Below, piece by piece: positions 8,742 to 10,214 of a DNA stretch of 10,214 bases. Source of the stretch: Naegleria gruberi (lineage: Eukaryota). Made by a program: the position numbers and the translations under genes. Under the pieces are notes generated by a model that was not told the origin of the DNA, did no database searches, and saw only the letters and a program-made list of their open reading frames with translations. The first letter of the stretch is position 1. Each line of letters begins with the position of its first letter. Location of the stretch: NCBI GenBank assembly GCA_000004985.1, contig GG739011.1; one strand, given 5' to 3'.

Positions 8742-9416
8742 CAAGGCTTCCAACATCCTAACAAGCCTGTTGGTAAATTCCTCTCTCCTGAAGAGTATGA
8801 ATCATCAAAGAAGGACAAACAAATGATGACTTTCCACAAGTTTGATGAAGGCTACAGAAGAGTTGTTCCTTCTCCAACACCTATTGATATCATTGAATTG
8901 GACACTATCAAAACACTCTTCAATGAAGGACACTTGGTTATTTGTAATGGAGGTGGAGGTATCCCTGTTGTTAAAAGCCGAGATGAAGTTGGTGGTGATG
9001 AGAAAGCAATGATTGGTAAAAAGCAAGCACAAAGAAAGAACCACCTGATGGGCATAGAAGCAGTCATTGACAAGGATAGATCCAGTTCCCTGCTAGCACA
9101 AAAGCTTACTGTCGATTACTTTATCATTCTCACCAAAGTGGATCATGTCTACTTGAATTACTCTTCAAAAAAGGAGGAGAAGAAGCCTATTACTTCAATG
9201 GATGTTGAAACTGCTCGACAATACATTACGGAAGGATGCTTTGAAGAAGGTACCATGCTACCAAAGATTGAATCAGCCACTGAATTTGTTACCAAGACTG
9301 GAAAACCTGCTCTCATCACAAGCTTGGACAATTTCATCAGAGAAACTTCCAAGCAAGGAGATGTTAACAATGAAATCAAACTACGTCATATTGAAGGTAC
9401 TTGGATTGTTCCATAA
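8742..9416 (+). CDS. arcC: Carbamate kinase (amino-acid kinase family), C-terminal ~225 residues; 5' part masked
   Basis: Translation from 8742 is QGFQHPNKPVGKFLSPEEYESSKKDKQMMTFHKFDEGYRRVVPSPTPIDIIELDTIKTLFNEGHLVICNGGGGIPVVKSRDEVGGDEKAMIGKKQAQRKNHLMGIEAVIDKDRSSSLLAQKLTVDYFIILTKVDHVYLNYSSKKEEKKPITSMDVETARQYITEGCFEEGTMLPKIESATEFVTKTGKPALITSLDNFIRETSKQGDVNNEIKLRHIEGTWIVP*. It aligns block for block with the carbamate kinases I recall from memory (Enterococcus and Giardia): FxNPTKPIGxF, GRGWRxVVPSPxPIDIxE, GGGGIPVV (8949..8972), GVEAVIDKD, LVILTxVDxVxINY, GSMxPKIEAA (MLPKIESA around 9255..9278), AIITSL and GTVV. The in-frame ATG at 8823 is internal (a conserved CK block lies upstream of it). There is an in-frame TGA at 8739-8741 flush with the mask edge. 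Confidence 0.85.
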   Translation, partial: QGFQHPNKPVGKFLSPEEYESSKKDKQMMTFHKFDEGYRRVVPSPTPIDIIELDTIKTLFNEGHLVICNGGGGIPVVKSRDEVGGDEKAMIGKKQAQRKNHLMGIEAVIDKDRSSSLLAQKLTVDYFIILTKVDHVYLNYSSKKEEKKPITSMDVETARQYITEGCFEEGTMLPKIESATEFVTKTGKPALITSLDNFIRETSKQGDVNNEIKLRHIEGTWIVP

Positions 9417-9457
9417 ATCTAAAAATTCTATCATGATCCAACAACATTCACAACATT

Positions 9458-9463
9458 AATAAA
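9458..9463 (+). terminator. Candidate polyadenylation signal AATAAA for the carbamate kinase transcript
   Basis: The hexamer aataaa lies 42 nt downstream of the TAA stop (9414-9416) and is followed by a T/GT-rich stretch (ggtaattattcgtgatattt). The stop codon itself also forms TAAA (9414-9417), the short poly(A) signal type described in parabasalids. Confidence 0.35.
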
Positions 9464-9544
9464 CAATAGTGGTAATTATTCGTGATATTTAAATCAAAAC
9501 AAGAAAAAAATTCCCTTCATGGATGTTGAACTTGGTGTTGCTTT

Positions 9545-9578
9545 TATTTTTTAAAAAAATTAAAAAAAATTAAAAATG
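9545..9578. repeat. A/T low-complexity tract with short direct repeats (aaaaaaatt x2, aaaaat)
   Basis: The sequence tttattttttaaaaaaattaaaaaaaattaaaaatgtaaaa lies in the intergenic region downstream of the carbamate kinase gene. Confidence 0.5.
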
Positions 9579-9793
9579 TAAAATCTTGAAGAAGAGATTA
9601 GAGATCAAACAACAGTTGGTTGGTTAGCAGGATGAAATATTGTTGTGCTTTGCTTTTTTGAAAAGGATCTCCATTACCTGAAATTTCATCAATATTTGCT
9701 TACTATGTATGTATCATACAGACCAAAAAAATTGAAGGCTTGGTATCCTTGATATTTCCATCAAGCTTTCAGTAAATATTGGAGGTAGATATT

Positions 9794-9988
9794 ATGTTTA
9801 TCGGATCAGTAATTCAAGGGTTTGAATTGGTCATTAAGATAATACAATTCATACAAGACAGGAGAAATTCTTGCAAAAAGCTACCGAATCGAAGCTTCCG
9901 TATGTTGTTCAATGATCAAAAGGCTTTTCAGCACAGCACATTTTCCACCAAACCTTCCTCTTTTCACAAGTTTCATGAAACCTTGTAA
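9794..9988 (+). CDS. Small hypothetical ORF (64 aa), possibly non-coding
   Basis: ATG at 9794 to TAA at 9986-9988 translates to MFIGSVIQGFELVIKIIQFIQDRRNSCKKLPNRSFRMLFNDQKAFQHSTFSTKPSSFHKFHETL. A GGAGGT lies 7 nt upstream (9781-9786). I recognise no similarity, and an open frame of this length is not unusual in ~35-40% GC DNA. Confidence 0.15.
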   Translation: MFIGSVIQGFELVIKIIQFIQDRRNSCKKLPNRSFRMLFNDQKAFQHSTFSTKPSSFHKFHETL

Positions 9989-10196
9989 TAGTTGGTACAA
10001 AACTATAGTAATTTGTCCAAGATGGTCAAGTAATTACAGAAAGGGCAGGTAGTATCCTGAACGATTTACTAAATTTTGGATGGTTGTTGACTTGTATGTA
10101 CAGCCGTTGAGGGTATTTGATGGATACATTATTTTACTGCAATTACCGAGGGTTGATTGTTACAGGCAAAACACATCACAAAAAAACATCAACACA

Positions 10197-10214
10197 ATGG
10201 CAACTGACACATTA
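10197..10214 (+). CDS. Possible start of a gene running off the window end (MATDTL...)
   Basis: The context acaATGGca is Kozak-like (A at -3, G at +4) and is preceded by an A/C-rich leader (cacaaaaaaacatcaacaca). Only 6 codons are visible. Confidence 0.15.

Noticed and set aside
3420-8839. ORF-track entries 3420..8741, 3475..8826 (+) and 3458..8839, 3537..8756 (-) of ~1,740-1,790 aa
   Set aside because: All span the 5180-nt N run. Their readable ends are out of frame with the real LRR and carbamate kinase ORFs.
8805-9459. Small ORFs 8805..9044 (-), 8852..9073 (-), 9158..9379 (-) and 9202..9459 (+)
   Set aside because: These are antisense or alternative-frame shadows within the well-supported carbamate kinase ORF.
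1-10214. Prokaryotic accessory features (IS/transposase ends, integrase, CRISPR repeats, toxin-antitoxin pairs, rho-independent terminators)
   Set aside because: I found no direct or inverted repeat arrays, no GC-rich hairpin plus T-run terminators, and no recognisable mobile-element proteins in the readable sequence.

Overview
About 65% of this 10,214-nt window is N-masked (998..2479 and 3556..8735), leaving three readable islands: 1..997, 2480..3555 and 8736..10214. The readable DNA looks like AT-rich eukaryotic nuclear sequence. Reasons: a perfect 9/9 consensus 5' splice site CAG|GTAAGT sits directly after an ATG at 978; an AATAAA lies 42 nt after a stop codon; start codons have A-rich or Kozak-like contexts; and two of the proteins are C2H2 zinc-finger and leucine-rich-repeat types. 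I found no operon structure, tRNA or rRNA genes, CRISPR array, IS or transposon ends. Three coding regions are well supported, and all are truncated by the window edge or by the masks. (1) A minus-strand ORF from 919 to 2 runs 306 codons with no stop (I translated it by hand; the ORF track omits it because it runs off the window edge). It encodes a Cys/His-rich protein with two tandem C2H2 fingers and acidic stretches. (2) A plus-strand ORF 2480..3517 encodes a leucine-rich-repeat protein with extreme AT bias, roughly 20% GC, and TTA is almost the only Leu codon. (3) A plus-strand ORF 8742..9416 encodes the C-terminal ~225 residues of carbamate kinase. It carries the GGGGIPVV, EAVIDKD, MLPKIE and ITSL motifs, is roughly 40% GC, uses no TTA Leu codons, and has two lineage-specific insertions. 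An AT-rich eukaryote carrying carbamate kinase points toward an anaerobic protist with an arginine dihydrolase pathway (parabasalid- or diplomonad-like), but the organism cannot be assigned from the sequence alone. If there is an undescribed system here, it would have to lie in the masked 5.2 kb immediately upstream of the carbamate kinase fragment, which cannot be read. Nothing in the visible sequence supports a defence or mobile system.
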